From a virus: 64,000 nucleotides of DNA. Positions 1 to 9,280 of this stretch are shown piece by piece; position 1 is the stretch's first letter; every line of letters begins with the position of its first letter. Below the pieces are notes generated by a model, which saw only the letters and a list, made by a program, of their open reading frames with translations, did not search any database and was not told the origin of the DNA. The stretch spans positions 23,686-87,685 of IMG/VR virus record IMGVR_UViG_3300044675_005584, one strand, 5' to 3'. The translations under genes were made by a program, and so were the position numbers.

Positions 1-198
1 AGGGCATTGACTGCTCGAGACGCTGAAAAGTATGTGGATGGCGAAGACGAAGTAATTGACTTTGAAACACTAATCAATGAAGTGGCATTGTTACGCAACA
101 AATTCCTGGGCATCATCAAGGCATTCGAAAGCAAGAATTTTATGCTAGGGCATGTGGTACGCCTTAGAGCCGCTGGGATGGAAGATATCCAGGTATGA
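1..198 (+). CDS. uvsY: UvsY-like recombination mediator, C-terminal part (truncated at window start)
   Basis: Helical C-terminus (KYVDGEDEV...LRNKFLGIIKAFESKNFMLGHVVRLR) resembles T4 UvsY; uvsW lies nearby. Confidence 0.65.
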   Translation, partial: RALTARDAEKYVDGEDEVIDFETLINEVALLRNKFLGIIKAFESKNFMLGHVVRLRAAGMEDIQV

Positions 199-222
199 TC
201 GTGTAGTTCAAATTCAAACAGA

Positions 223-247
223 AGCCCTACTAAGTGGGGTTTTTTTA
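223..247 (+). terminator. Rho-independent terminator
   Basis: GCCCTAC-taa-GTGGGGT hairpin followed by a T run after the first CDS. Confidence 0.7.
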
Positions 248-248
248 T

Positions 249-279
249 GGTTGACCCCAAATGCTTTTTAGCTTATAAT
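249..279 (+). promoter_or_regulatory. sigma70-type early promoter (GGTTGACC family)
   Basis: TTGACC 251-256, 17-nt spacer, TATAAT 274-279. Confidence 0.75.
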
Positions 280-320
280 AGCTTTATGAAATCAAGTGCT
301 GTAGACCTAGCGTTTACGGA

Positions 321-340
321 GTGTTGTTTTTATGCAACAC
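321..340. promoter_or_regulatory. Operator-like palindrome GTGTTG-N8-CAACAC
   Basis: Perfect 6-bp arms; the motif recurs at 31997-32014 and 32021-32038, also upstream of a promoter. Confidence 0.5.
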
Positions 341-362
341 TCAAAAAACAGTAGAATACAGT

Positions 363-393
363 GGTTGACCCAAAATACGCCATTTGTTATAAT
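363..393 (+). promoter_or_regulatory. sigma70-type early promoter (GGTTGACC family)
   Basis: TTGACC 365-370, N17, TATAAT 388-393; SD AGGAG precedes the start at 425. Confidence 0.8.
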
Positions 394-424
394 AGTAGTA
401 TAGTAACTAAACAGGAGCAGAAAA

Positions 425-1444
425 TTGAGTAAAGTCAATATTAAAAACGGAACATACCGTAACCAACCCGTAAGGGACGTAGCATTTACCCTGGTAAAAG
501 GTTTACAAACCGGTACCCGAGGTAGTTTTGTAACAGTGGACAGTGATGGCTATTTTGGTCCAGATCATGATGTAGTCCGCGTCAAGGTAGACAGTATCGA
601 AGATGTAGAGTTTGTAGGAGGAGACACAGCAACAGCCGTTCCAGTAGTTAAAACAGTCGCTCCAGTGGAGACTGACGACGAAGTAATGGCCCGTATCGGC
701 GAACGCTTCGATATCTTGGATCAAATGACCAAGGCCACCATTGCTGGCGATGTTAGAGCAATGATCGTGGTTGGGCCTCCTGGAGTAGGCAAGAGTTACG
801 GTGTAGAAAAACAACTAGAACAGTCAGGTCTTTTTGACAAGTTAGCTGGACGTAGAATCAAGTATGAAATTATCAAGGGTGCAATGACTCCAATCGGCCT
901 GTACTGTACCTTGTACAAGAGTTCGGATCCGTGTAATGTGCTGGTATTTGATGACTGTGATAGTGTATTCCAAGATGACTTGAGCTTGAACATTCTCAAG
1001 GCGGCCCTGGATTCAGGCAAGAAGCGTAGAATCTACTGGAACAGCGATAGTGCCATGCTAAGACGTGAAGGTGTTCCTGACTGTTTTGACTTCAAGGGTG
1101 CCTGTATCTTTATCACCAACTTGCAGTTCCAGAATCTCAAAAGCAAGAAGCTACAAGACCACTTGGCGGCCTTACAGAGTCGGTGTCACTTTCTTGATCT
1201 TACTTTGAACACACAACGTGACCGTTTCTTGCGTATCAAACAGATCTTCCGCAAGGGCGACCTGTTCCAGGACTATGATTTTACACCTGAACAAGGTGAA
1301 GAGATCTTGGCATTCATGGACCAGAACAAGAATCGCCTGAGAGAAATGAGCCTGCGCATGGCACTCAAGATTGCAGACTTGACCAAGGTTAGTGCAACCA
1401 ACTGGAAGGCACTTGCGGCATCAACATGTATGAACAATGCATAA
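425..1444 (+). CDS. AAA+/P-loop ATPase
   Basis: Walker A GPPGVGKS, Walker B VLVFDDCD, sensor-like FITN, arginine-finger-like SRC. Confidence 0.8.
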   Translation: MSKVNIKNGTYRNQPVRDVAFTLVKGLQTGTRGSFVTVDSDGYFGPDHDVVRVKVDSIEDVEFVGGDTATAVPVVKTVAPVETDDEVMARIGERFDILDQMTKATIAGDVRAMIVVGPPGVGKSYGVEKQLEQSGLFDKLAGRRIKYEIIKGAMTPIGLYCTLYKSSDPCNVLVFDDCDSVFQDDLSLNILKAALDSGKKRRIYWNSDSAMLRREGVPDCFDFKGACIFITNLQFQNLKSKKLQDHLAALQSRCHFLDLTLNTQRDRFLRIKQIFRKGDLFQDYDFTPEQGEEILAFMDQNKNRLREMSLRMALKIADLTKVSATNWKALAASTCMNNA

Positions 1445-1483
1445 ACAGTAGCTCCTGGACAGTATTAATACTGTCCATTTTAC

Positions 1484-1509
1484 ACAGGCACTTAGGTGCC
1501 TGTTTTTTT
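1484..1509 (+). terminator. Rho-independent terminator
   Basis: ACAGGCAC-ttag-GTGCCTGT followed by a T run. Confidence 0.85.
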
Positions 1510-1540
1510 AATATTAGCAAAAGGCTTCAATAAATAACTT

Positions 1541-2341
1541 ATGAAATTATTGTTTTCAAACAATGAAGCTATTGATTTTCACATAGACGATAGTCCTTTG
1601 GGACTAATGTATCAAAAAATTTATAAGAATCTTTCAAAAGTGCCAATTCCGTGGCGACCATGGGACAATCCTTGTTACAAGGAAAATTTAACTTACTCAG
1701 AAATGGTCGATCACTTGGTGCATTATGCACAAAACTTATCAATTGATATTGATACCGCAAAATGTATCAACCGTGACCAAGACTATTTTAATAGCATACA
1801 CAAAATTTACGAAGACAATTATAACGGTAATCCAGTCTGGCTAGACTTTCATGAACATATTCATTTGTGCGAGTACTATAACTATCCACCTAAGGAATTT
1901 TTGTGCATAGATTATCGAGAAAAATCTGGATTGTTAGAAAAACCCATGGATCCAATTTGGTTACTTAATACCACAACAAAAATTTGTGCTGGAGACATAT
2001 ACGTGCGATGGGCCGAGTTAGGCAAAACTCCTTACCACTATTGGGAAAATAACGAACCCAATGACCTGCAACGGATGTGTCAATTGGCCAAACCGTGGTT
2101 AAAACTTAGACCAAACATACATATAGCACTTAAAGATATAGATACATTGAAAGATATACAGTGTAACAACTTTGCAACCTGGTGGAAAACTTATCAAACC
2201 GGGTGGACAGCACACTGGAATATATCCAAGTGGACTATTGACGATATTTTTGGAGTCAGTGTATTCGGAAAAACAACTCAGACTGCTTTATTAAAAAAGC
2301 AATTAAAAAATAATTTGATTCCAACCAAGATTACCCTGTAA
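1541..2341 (+). CDS. Hypothetical protein (AT-rich accessory gene)
   Basis: 266-aa ORF; TAAATA motif 4 nt before the ATG. Confidence 0.7.
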   Translation: MKLLFSNNEAIDFHIDDSPLGLMYQKIYKNLSKVPIPWRPWDNPCYKENLTYSEMVDHLVHYAQNLSIDIDTAKCINRDQDYFNSIHKIYEDNYNGNPVWLDFHEHIHLCEYYNYPPKEFLCIDYREKSGLLEKPMDPIWLLNTTTKICAGDIYVRWAELGKTPYHYWENNEPNDLQRMCQLAKPWLKLRPNIHIALKDIDTLKDIQCNNFATWWKTYQTGWTAHWNISKWTIDDIFGVSVFGKTTQTALLKKQLKNNLIPTKITL

Positions 2342-3495
2342 TGACCTGGCCAGTAATTATTAAAGATGGACCCGACAGAAATCAAACTTTAGCAACCATA
2401 AAGTTTGACACGTTTGGTAACAACACCAACCAGCAAATTTTTATTTGCAAAGAGTGGACAGAAGGATTTACCTGGGTCAAACAACAAGGCCACACTCAGG
2501 CTCTTTTTGTCAAAAGCGGAACCATAATCACTGATTGGGTACAATGGAAACAACTAGTTGATCAGTATCCACACTATGGTTTGATTGCTCATTTAATTTG
2601 GCACCCAGAGCAACTGTTATATCTTGACGACCAATGTTGGTTCATGAATATCAACAATTTTGAAGTTGATGATTTTACACTTACAAAAGTTAATCATCCC
2701 TTACCGGTAAGAAGTGACCAGAATTTGCACGACGATTACACACCATTGTGGGTTAGGCCGAGCGTGAATCAAACTGAATATCTTGTTACTAATTTTGGGC
2801 AAGGATTGATAGCTCGTCAATTACAAAATAATCGACCTATTGTAAATTGGAATAATTCTGCTAGAGATTTGAAATCATACCTCTACAACAGACCACTAGA
2901 CTTATCTAAATTTCAAGACTACAAAGATATTGCTGAAAATCAATTATGGATTTTCAATAATGAGCCTATTGTAGTGGTCAAAAAAGCTAACATAGTGTCA
3001 CCAGGGTCAGGATTGTCTTGGATACTAAACTGTTTAGATCCTGCCACAACTGAAATACAAATAGTCGATATAAGCAACATACAGATTAAATTTTGCCAGG
3101 CGTTGTGGAATACGTGGACAGGTGTTGACTATGGAAATTTTGTTTGGAATTTTATTGAAGAAAATAAACTTGTACATTATGAATTAGACAACCCTGATTT
3201 AACTCCATTGGAGAGACTAAAGTTAAAAGGAAAAACAAAATTTATAGAATATGTCAATGATAGATTTAACACCATTGTCGATAAAAATTTTGAAGCCCAG
3301 TGGTTGATAGCAAAACAAACAAAACAAGTTAATTTTTGTAATGATAATTTAATCAACTGGGTATTGGTCAATGACACCGATAAGTATGATAACATATGGT
3401 GTTCAAACATACTAGAATATAAATGGACACTTTTACATACCACTGTTGAACAGTATAACATATTTCAAGAAAAAATATGCAAAAGCAAAAAATAA
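2341..3495 (+). CDS. Hypothetical protein (AT-rich accessory gene)
   Basis: 384-aa ORF coupled to the upstream stop (TAATG). Confidence 0.7.
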   Translation: MTWPVIIKDGPDRNQTLATIKFDTFGNNTNQQIFICKEWTEGFTWVKQQGHTQALFVKSGTIITDWVQWKQLVDQYPHYGLIAHLIWHPEQLLYLDDQCWFMNINNFEVDDFTLTKVNHPLPVRSDQNLHDDYTPLWVRPSVNQTEYLVTNFGQGLIARQLQNNRPIVNWNNSARDLKSYLYNRPLDLSKFQDYKDIAENQLWIFNNEPIVVVKKANIVSPGSGLSWILNCLDPATTEIQIVDISNIQIKFCQALWNTWTGVDYGNFVWNFIEENKLVHYELDNPDLTPLERLKLKGKTKFIEYVNDRFNTIVDKNFEAQWLIAKQTKQVNFCNDNLINWVLVNDTDKYDNIWCSNILEYKWTLLHTTVEQYNIFQEKICKSKK

Positions 3496-4202
3496 GCCAG
3501 TTAATGGCTAAAAAATATATTGAATATCAATATCAATTGCCTGAATACAATTCAATGGCAGACTTTAATTGGATACAATCTTGGTCAGGACTACCATGGT
3601 TGCCGTTAACTTTATCAATCCCGCATGAATCTATTTTGGCAGAAATTAAAAATATAGAACCATTACTGTCAATACATCGTGATGACTATGGTGAGCATTT
3701 TGGGTGGAAGAGTTTTTGCATTCATGGTAAAGCATATAACGCCACTAGAGAAACTGAATACTACGCAGACCATCGCCCATACAACTGGACACAAGAAGCA
3801 CAAACACTTATGCCTGCAACTGTTGACTATTTTAAAACACAATGGCCAGGCGATCAATTTGGGAGATTACGTGTTATGCTTTTAGAGCCCGGGGGGTATG
3901 TAAGCATTCATCAAGACTACACAACCCCAGGGCTAACTGCAATTAATATTGCTATAACTCAACCTATTGGTTGTAATTTTGTTATGGAGAAAAAAGGAAC
4001 TGTGCCGTTTGCTCCAGGTACAGCTTTTTGGTTGGATATTTCCAATAATCATACCGTTTTTAATAATAGTGATCAAAATCGTTGGCATATTATTGTCCAT
4101 CAAAATATTAAAAATCTAAAATTTCAAGAAGAGGTTGTAAAATCTTACAATACAATGTATAATAATTACAATGAGAACAGCCACAATAATCATACGAGAT
4201 GA
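3477..4202 (+). CDS. Aspartyl/asparaginyl beta-hydroxylase-like 2OG-Fe(II) oxygenase
   Basis: RLRVMLLEPGGYVSIHQD (HxD) and HTVFNNSDQNRWHII (distal H and R). Confidence 0.75.
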   Translation: MQKQKISQLMAKKYIEYQYQLPEYNSMADFNWIQSWSGLPWLPLTLSIPHESILAEIKNIEPLLSIHRDDYGEHFGWKSFCIHGKAYNATRETEYYADHRPYNWTQEAQTLMPATVDYFKTQWPGDQFGRLRVMLLEPGGYVSIHQDYTTPGLTAINIAITQPIGCNFVMEKKGTVPFAPGTAFWLDISNNHTVFNNSDQNRWHIIVHQNIKNLKFQEEVVKSYNTMYNNYNENSHNNHTR

Positions 4203-5631
4203 AGTCAACGTCAAGATAGAAGGCTTAGAACTTGATGCTCGCCGTGCCCTGGTTAACGCATTCAAGTATGATGTTCCGGGTGCTAGATATCTTCCTGCTG
4301 TTAGACTAGGCAGGTGGGATGGCAAGGTCAGTTACTTCCAGTTAGGCGGTAGCAGTTATGTAAACCTACTGCCCGAGATCATTCCTATCTTGGAAAAGTT
4401 CAATTATGATATTGAACTGGATGACCAAAGAGAGTACAGCACCACATTTGAATTTTCTGAAGTGACAGAAAGCACATTCAGTCACATTGCCTGGGGCAAG
4501 GGTCATCCGTTAGAAGGTCAACCCATGGTCATGCGTGACTACCAAGTGGAAGTGATCAATCGCTTCCTGGCCAATCCACAATGCATACAAGAAATAGCAA
4601 CCGGCGCTGGTAAAACAGTAATCACAGCTGCCTTGAGCAATGCCGTGGCACCGCATGGACGTACGATCATCATTGTTCCAAATAAAAGCCTGGTAACACA
4701 AACAGAACGAGACTACATCAACATGCAACAGGATGTGGGTGTGTTTTTTGGAGACCGCAAGGAGTGGGGTCGCCAGCATACCATCTGTACTTGGCAAAGT
4801 TTAAATGTGCTATTAAAAAACACCAAGAACAGCGTGGGCGATGTCACCATACAAGAGTTCTTGGAAGATGTAGTATGTGTCATTGTTGATGAAGTACACA
4901 TGGCCAAGGCCGACGCATTAAAGACCTTGTTAACTGGTGTCATGAGCCGTGTGCCATTGCGCTGGGGACTCACAGGAACTGTGCCCAAGGAACCCTACGA
5001 ATTCCAAGCACTCAAATGCAGTCTCGGCCCGGTTATCAATCAGCTCAGTGCCAGCGAACTACAGGACCGTGGTGTACTGGCACAATGCCATGTAAATGTG
5101 GTGCAGTTGGTAGACCATGCTGAGTTTACCAACTATCAAAGTGAATTAAAGTTCTTGTTAGAAGAACCCGATCGACTCAAGACCATGGCTGGATTAATAG
5201 CACAGGTCAACGCCACAGGCAATACCTTGGTGTTAGTAGACCGTGTGGCCGCAGGACATGCCTTGGCTGAACTGCTAGGCGAAGCGGCAGTATTTGTATC
5301 AGGAGCAACCAAAGCAAAGGCCAGACAGGATGAATACGATGAGATTAGCGTCAGTAGTGGTAAGATTATTATTGCTACCTATGGCATTGCTGCTGTTGGT
5401 ATTAATATTCCTAGGATATTCAATCTTGTGCTTATTGAACCGGGCAAATCCTTTGTCAGGGTTATACAGTCGATCGGGCGGGGCATTCGCAAGGCCGAAG
5501 ACAAAGACCACGTGGAAATCTGGGACGTGACCAGCACTTGCAAGTTTGCAAAAAGACACCTGACCAAACGCAAAGTATTTTATAAGGAAGCCAACTATCC
5601 ATTCACACAAGAAAAGCTGGAATGGAAATGA
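4171..5631 (+). CDS. uvsW: UvsW-like SF2 DNA helicase
   Basis: RDYQ Q-motif, ATGAGKT, DEVH, GLTGT, QSIGRGIR; N-terminal WDGK motif as in UvsW. Confidence 0.9.
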   Translation: MRTATIIIRDEVNVKIEGLELDARRALVNAFKYDVPGARYLPAVRLGRWDGKVSYFQLGGSSYVNLLPEIIPILEKFNYDIELDDQREYSTTFEFSEVTESTFSHIAWGKGHPLEGQPMVMRDYQVEVINRFLANPQCIQEIATGAGKTVITAALSNAVAPHGRTIIIVPNKSLVTQTERDYINMQQDVGVFFGDRKEWGRQHTICTWQSLNVLLKNTKNSVGDVTIQEFLEDVVCVIVDEVHMAKADALKTLLTGVMSRVPLRWGLTGTVPKEPYEFQALKCSLGPVINQLSASELQDRGVLAQCHVNVVQLVDHAEFTNYQSELKFLLEEPDRLKTMAGLIAQVNATGNTLVLVDRVAAGHALAELLGEAAVFVSGATKAKARQDEYDEISVSSGKIIIATYGIAAVGINIPRIFNLVLIEPGKSFVRVIQSIGRGIRKAEDKDHVEIWDVTSTCKFAKRHLTKRKVFYKEANYPFTQEKLEWK

Positions 5632-6317
5632 CAACTGTGTACTCGTTAGGGTGCAGTTTCATGAGTTCAGACACTCGTTGGCCTGAGCAACCCAGTTTCC
5701 TAGATCAGTATGCTGACTATCGTGGGTGGCAACATGTGAGTCTAGCCAGACCTGGAGCCACCAACTTGTGCATACATCTGCAGATAGAACGTGCCATACA
5801 GGATCATGCCGATTATGTCATAATAGGTGCAACCAGCAGTGACCGTATTGACGTCGCAGGCAACGCCTACAGTCAAAACTTGCCCATTAGATTAGATCTG
5901 ATACACTATGCCAACTATCATGCTGCCAGCGAACAGTGGGTCGATCACACACAGGCCTGTATCATAAGTGATACACTCAACAACGTAATCGAGCACAGCT
6001 ATACGGATTTAGATGTTACAACAAAAAACACCGTCAAGCAATACCTACGTGATGTACACAACTTTGATATAGAAGATCGACGAAACTACTACATCATTCG
6101 GGACGGACTACGCGAACTTGAGCGGGCTGGCATTCCGTATTTGTTCATTCCAGGCCCGTTGTTTTATTTTGATTGGTCAGGATTCTCAGTCTGGCAAGGC
6201 ACACAACCCTGGGACATGCCCGACGGAGTTGGAACCAGAATAATCAATCATAATCCACCCAGCGCACACAAGAAGTTTTTTGATCTTGTTGTGCAACAAA
6301 CAGCCGAATGGGCTTGA
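5628..6317 (+). CDS. SGNH/GDSL-hydrolase-like protein
   Basis: Block I GCSF, block II LARPGATN, C-terminal NHNPPSAH. Confidence 0.5.
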   Translation: MTTVYSLGCSFMSSDTRWPEQPSFLDQYADYRGWQHVSLARPGATNLCIHLQIERAIQDHADYVIIGATSSDRIDVAGNAYSQNLPIRLDLIHYANYHAASEQWVDHTQACIISDTLNNVIEHSYTDLDVTTKNTVKQYLRDVHNFDIEDRRNYYIIRDGLRELERAGIPYLFIPGPLFYFDWSGFSVWQGTQPWDMPDGVGTRIINHNPPSAHKKFFDLVVQQTAEWA

Positions 6318-6348
6318 CTTTTACCTTTAATTACTATAATATACAACT

Positions 6349-6852
6349 ATGCGGATCCTTACCTTAGACAACAATACAGCATTTGATCTTGACCATCTTC
6401 CAGAAGAAGTAGATGATATGAGATTTGCCATCCTGGACAATTCAAACCCACAAGATCCAGACTATCATTACATACCCTTGATCTTTCTGGAGAGTTTTAC
6501 TGCGCCAGCTTTGGTATTGAGAATAGGTAACAACAAGATACGCATGCCTGTAGACTGGCAGATCTTGATTGGAGAACCCGATCTGGGCGATCTCGAAGTG
6601 TTGCCACTCACTGCAATCAATGATCGAGGATTCAAGGCATTCCAGTTCAATCCACTTACCAGCTTCCGTCCTAGCTTTTTGGATATTGAAATTGTGGATG
6701 TGTATCAAGAGATGTCCTGGTATGCTCCTAAATTAAAAAATGGACAGATGTTGTGTGTGCCAGTCACCGAAGGAGATCGACCTGACTGTGTGTATTTTGT
6801 CAAAGACATCAGTCGTAACTGTGAAATTGTAGATTATAACAAGGCTTGGTAA
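6349..6852 (+). CDS. Hypothetical all-beta protein (possible degenerate Hint-like fold)
   Basis: 167-aa ORF with TTGACT...TATAAT upstream; fold guess from strand pattern only. Confidence 0.6.
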   Translation: MRILTLDNNTAFDLDHLPEEVDDMRFAILDNSNPQDPDYHYIPLIFLESFTAPALVLRIGNNKIRMPVDWQILIGEPDLGDLEVLPLTAINDRGFKAFQFNPLTSFRPSFLDIEIVDVYQEMSWYAPKLKNGQMLCVPVTEGDRPDCVYFVKDISRNCEIVDYNKAW

Positions 6853-6853
6853 T

Positions 6854-7138
6854 ATGGGTACCCTTACACCCGGAGCAACATACATATACGAACGCAATGG
6901 TGATATTGTGTATGCCAGAGAGTTGGGAGCAGATCCCAGCACAAGAAAAGAGATAGGTTGGGATTATGATCCTAGCAATCCCGACCATCTTGAACGTCAA
7001 GAACGACTGAATTCTCTTAGAGATGACCAGTTATGGCACAAAATTAGGCTAGCGGCACGGAACAATGTCACACTACAAGATGCATTGGATCGTGTGATAG
7101 AACTATATCATTTGAGCAAAGACGATGGACAAACTTAG
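6854..7138 (+). CDS. Hypothetical protein
   Basis: 94-aa ORF in a tightly packed operon. Confidence 0.65.
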   Translation: MGTLTPGATYIYERNGDIVYARELGADPSTRKEIGWDYDPSNPDHLERQERLNSLRDDQLWHKIRLAARNNVTLQDALDRVIELYHLSKDDGQT

Positions 7139-7577
7139 TATAGGCAATGAAATGGCACAGTTTGATTCAAAGAATCGACAGTTCTTTGATGAGCTCTCTG
7201 ATGAAGAACGCAAAAAGTTCAGCCCATTTCTCATGATACGCTACGGCAGTTCAGTATCGGGCAATCGAGACCTGCAGGAGTTTTACTTGATTGCTACAAA
7301 CGAACGCCTGAACAAAAAGTTCTTTGCTGTGAATACCGCCCAGCATAAAAAACTACAGTGGTTGATGGCCACCACAGTAAGTCCAGGACTGGGTAACTTT
7401 AGACACAACTGGATCGCACCTAAAAAGAAAGAACCCGGTGCAGGCAGCATGCGTAAACAGTTGATGGAACTGTTTCCACACTTGAAAGATGACGAAATAG
7501 ATCTATTGTCGCAGATAACTACTAAAAAAGAACTTGACGCACACTTACGAGAACTCGGCCAGGACAAATCAAAATAG
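7125..7577 (+). CDS. Clamp-loader small subunit (T4 gp62-like)
   Basis: FSPFLMIRY...NERLN...QWL...WIAPKKK pattern resembles gp62; replication context. Confidence 0.55.
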   Translation: MDKLSIGNEMAQFDSKNRQFFDELSDEERKKFSPFLMIRYGSSVSGNRDLQEFYLIATNERLNKKFFAVNTAQHKKLQWLMATTVSPGLGNFRHNWIAPKKKEPGAGSMRKQLMELFPHLKDDEIDLLSQITTKKELDAHLRELGQDKSK

Positions 7578-7578
7578 C

Positions 7579-8253
7579 ATGAAGTATACCTGTCAGTACT
7601 GCAAGAAAGACTTTGTGAAAGAAGCAAGCCTGTCAGTACATAGTTGCGAACCACGTCGTCGTAGGCAAGAGCAAAATGAAGCTGGAGTGAGATTGGGATT
7701 CCAGGCCTATATCAAGTTCTATGAACTCACACAAGGATCTGCACGTCTTAAAACATTTGATAACTTTGCTGACAGTCCGTATTACCGAGCATTTGTGCGG
7801 TTTGGAAGATATTGTGTAGATATCCGTGCCGTCAATCCGGCCAGATTTGTTGAATGGGTACTCAAACAAAACAAAAAAATTGATCATTGGTGTCGAGACA
7901 CTGTGTACACTGAATACTTGATTGCATATTTACAAGTGGAAAATGTCAATGACGCTCTAGCTCGTGCCATGGAGTTTGGCCTAGACTGGAATGAGAAGAC
8001 TGGCAACCCACCTGAACATTGTTTACGTTATGGCAATACCAACAGCATGGTGTATGCTGTCACAACTGGTCGAGTCAGTCCATGGGTGATCTACAACAGT
8101 GATTCAGGACAGAAATTCCTAAGCGAACTAGATGCCAGCCAAGTGGCCATGGTATGGCCCTACATTGATGCAGACATATGGCAAAAGAAATTTAAGGACT
8201 ATCCAGCAGACCAAGAGTATGCTAGAGATATATTACAAAAGGCAGGTTGGTAA
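7579..8253 (+). CDS. Zinc-finger-containing hypothetical protein
   Basis: N-terminal YTCQYCKKDFVKEASLSVHSC (C2H-C type); ATG 7579 follows the upstream stop. Confidence 0.7.
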   Translation: MKYTCQYCKKDFVKEASLSVHSCEPRRRRQEQNEAGVRLGFQAYIKFYELTQGSARLKTFDNFADSPYYRAFVRFGRYCVDIRAVNPARFVEWVLKQNKKIDHWCRDTVYTEYLIAYLQVENVNDALARAMEFGLDWNEKTGNPPEHCLRYGNTNSMVYAVTTGRVSPWVIYNSDSGQKFLSELDASQVAMVWPYIDADIWQKKFKDYPADQEYARDILQKAGW

Positions 8254-8831
8254 TGAGCGCAGATATTGATTTGGACTTTGCTGACAGAGACACAGTACTA
8301 CGACTCGTAAAGGCTACTCCCGCACATCAAGTACACCAAGGACAGATACGCCGACACAATTCTGGTGTGTATGTCACAGACATACCGTATGATCCCATCA
8401 ACCAGTGTGCGGCTATAGATTATGAAACAGCAGAAACACGTGGATACTTCAAGATAGATCTCTTAAACATGACAGTGTATCAGTTGATTAAAAATCCTGA
8501 ACACTATCAGACCATGTTGGATCAAGAACCTGATTGGACACGTCTATGGACAGATTCTACGTGGGCTAGTCAATTGGCCCATGTGGGCAATTACACACAG
8601 TTATTAAACGCTATGCGTCCTGATAGTATACCAAGGATGGCCGCATTTATCAGTATAATCAGGCCCGGCAAAGCACATTTACAAAATCGTCCGTGGGCAG
8701 AAGTGTTTGAAACTGTTTGGGATGGTGATGATTCTAAAGGGTTTGTGTTTAAAAAGGCTCATGCTGTTGGCTATGCGGCCTTGGTAGCACTACACATGAA
8801 CTTGCTCAGTCAAGACGTCGTACCAGCGTAA
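8253..8831 (+). CDS. Miniature DNA polymerase III alpha (DnaE)-like catalytic core
   Basis: ADIDLDF, HNSGV, KIDLL, IRPG and FKKAHAVGY match DnaE motifs PDxDxDF, HAxGV, KxDxL, RPG and FNKSH..Y in order. Confidence 0.75.
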   Translation: MSADIDLDFADRDTVLRLVKATPAHQVHQGQIRRHNSGVYVTDIPYDPINQCAAIDYETAETRGYFKIDLLNMTVYQLIKNPEHYQTMLDQEPDWTRLWTDSTWASQLAHVGNYTQLLNAMRPDSIPRMAAFISIIRPGKAHLQNRPWAEVFETVWDGDDSKGFVFKKAHAVGYAALVALHMNLLSQDVVPA

Positions 8832-9183
8832 TCGATTTACGTTTGGATTTTTTACGGGCCATTTCAAGCAAGCTGCAAACGGGTCCATGTAGCACAGCTA
8901 AATCTTTGTTGATAAAAGTGCGCAGACAAGGTCTGAACTGATCCCATTCTGTTTTGAGGAATATGTTGATGGGTATGGTCCTGTTGCTTTCCCACCACCA
9001 AACATTGGCTAGTTCTAAGAAACGACGTTTATCTTCTAGATCTTGTATGCTACCAAAGTCATAAATCGTAGTCACAATTTCGTCTTGATTTTGTATGATT
9101 CCCACATATTCTGTAGTAGCATAAACACAGAGGGAGATAAAAGGGTACTTGTCAGCCAGTTGGGCAAAGATATCATTACCCAT
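8806..9183 (-). CDS. Hypothetical protein
   Basis: 125-aa ORF; minus-strand TAAATA motif at 9213-9218. Confidence 0.7.
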   Translation of the reverse strand: MGNDIFAQLADKYPFISLCVYATTEYVGIIQNQDEIVTTIYDFGSIQDLEDKRRFLELANVWWWESNRTIPINIFLKTEWDQFRPCLRTFINKDLAVLHGPVCSLLEMARKKSKRKSITLVRRLD

Positions 9184-9280
9184 AAATATTATATAATAAA
9201 TTGATCACGAGATATTTACCAAAAATGAATCCAACCCAAACGAATGAGTCACCGGATGACACCGCCGCTAAATAGTATGT

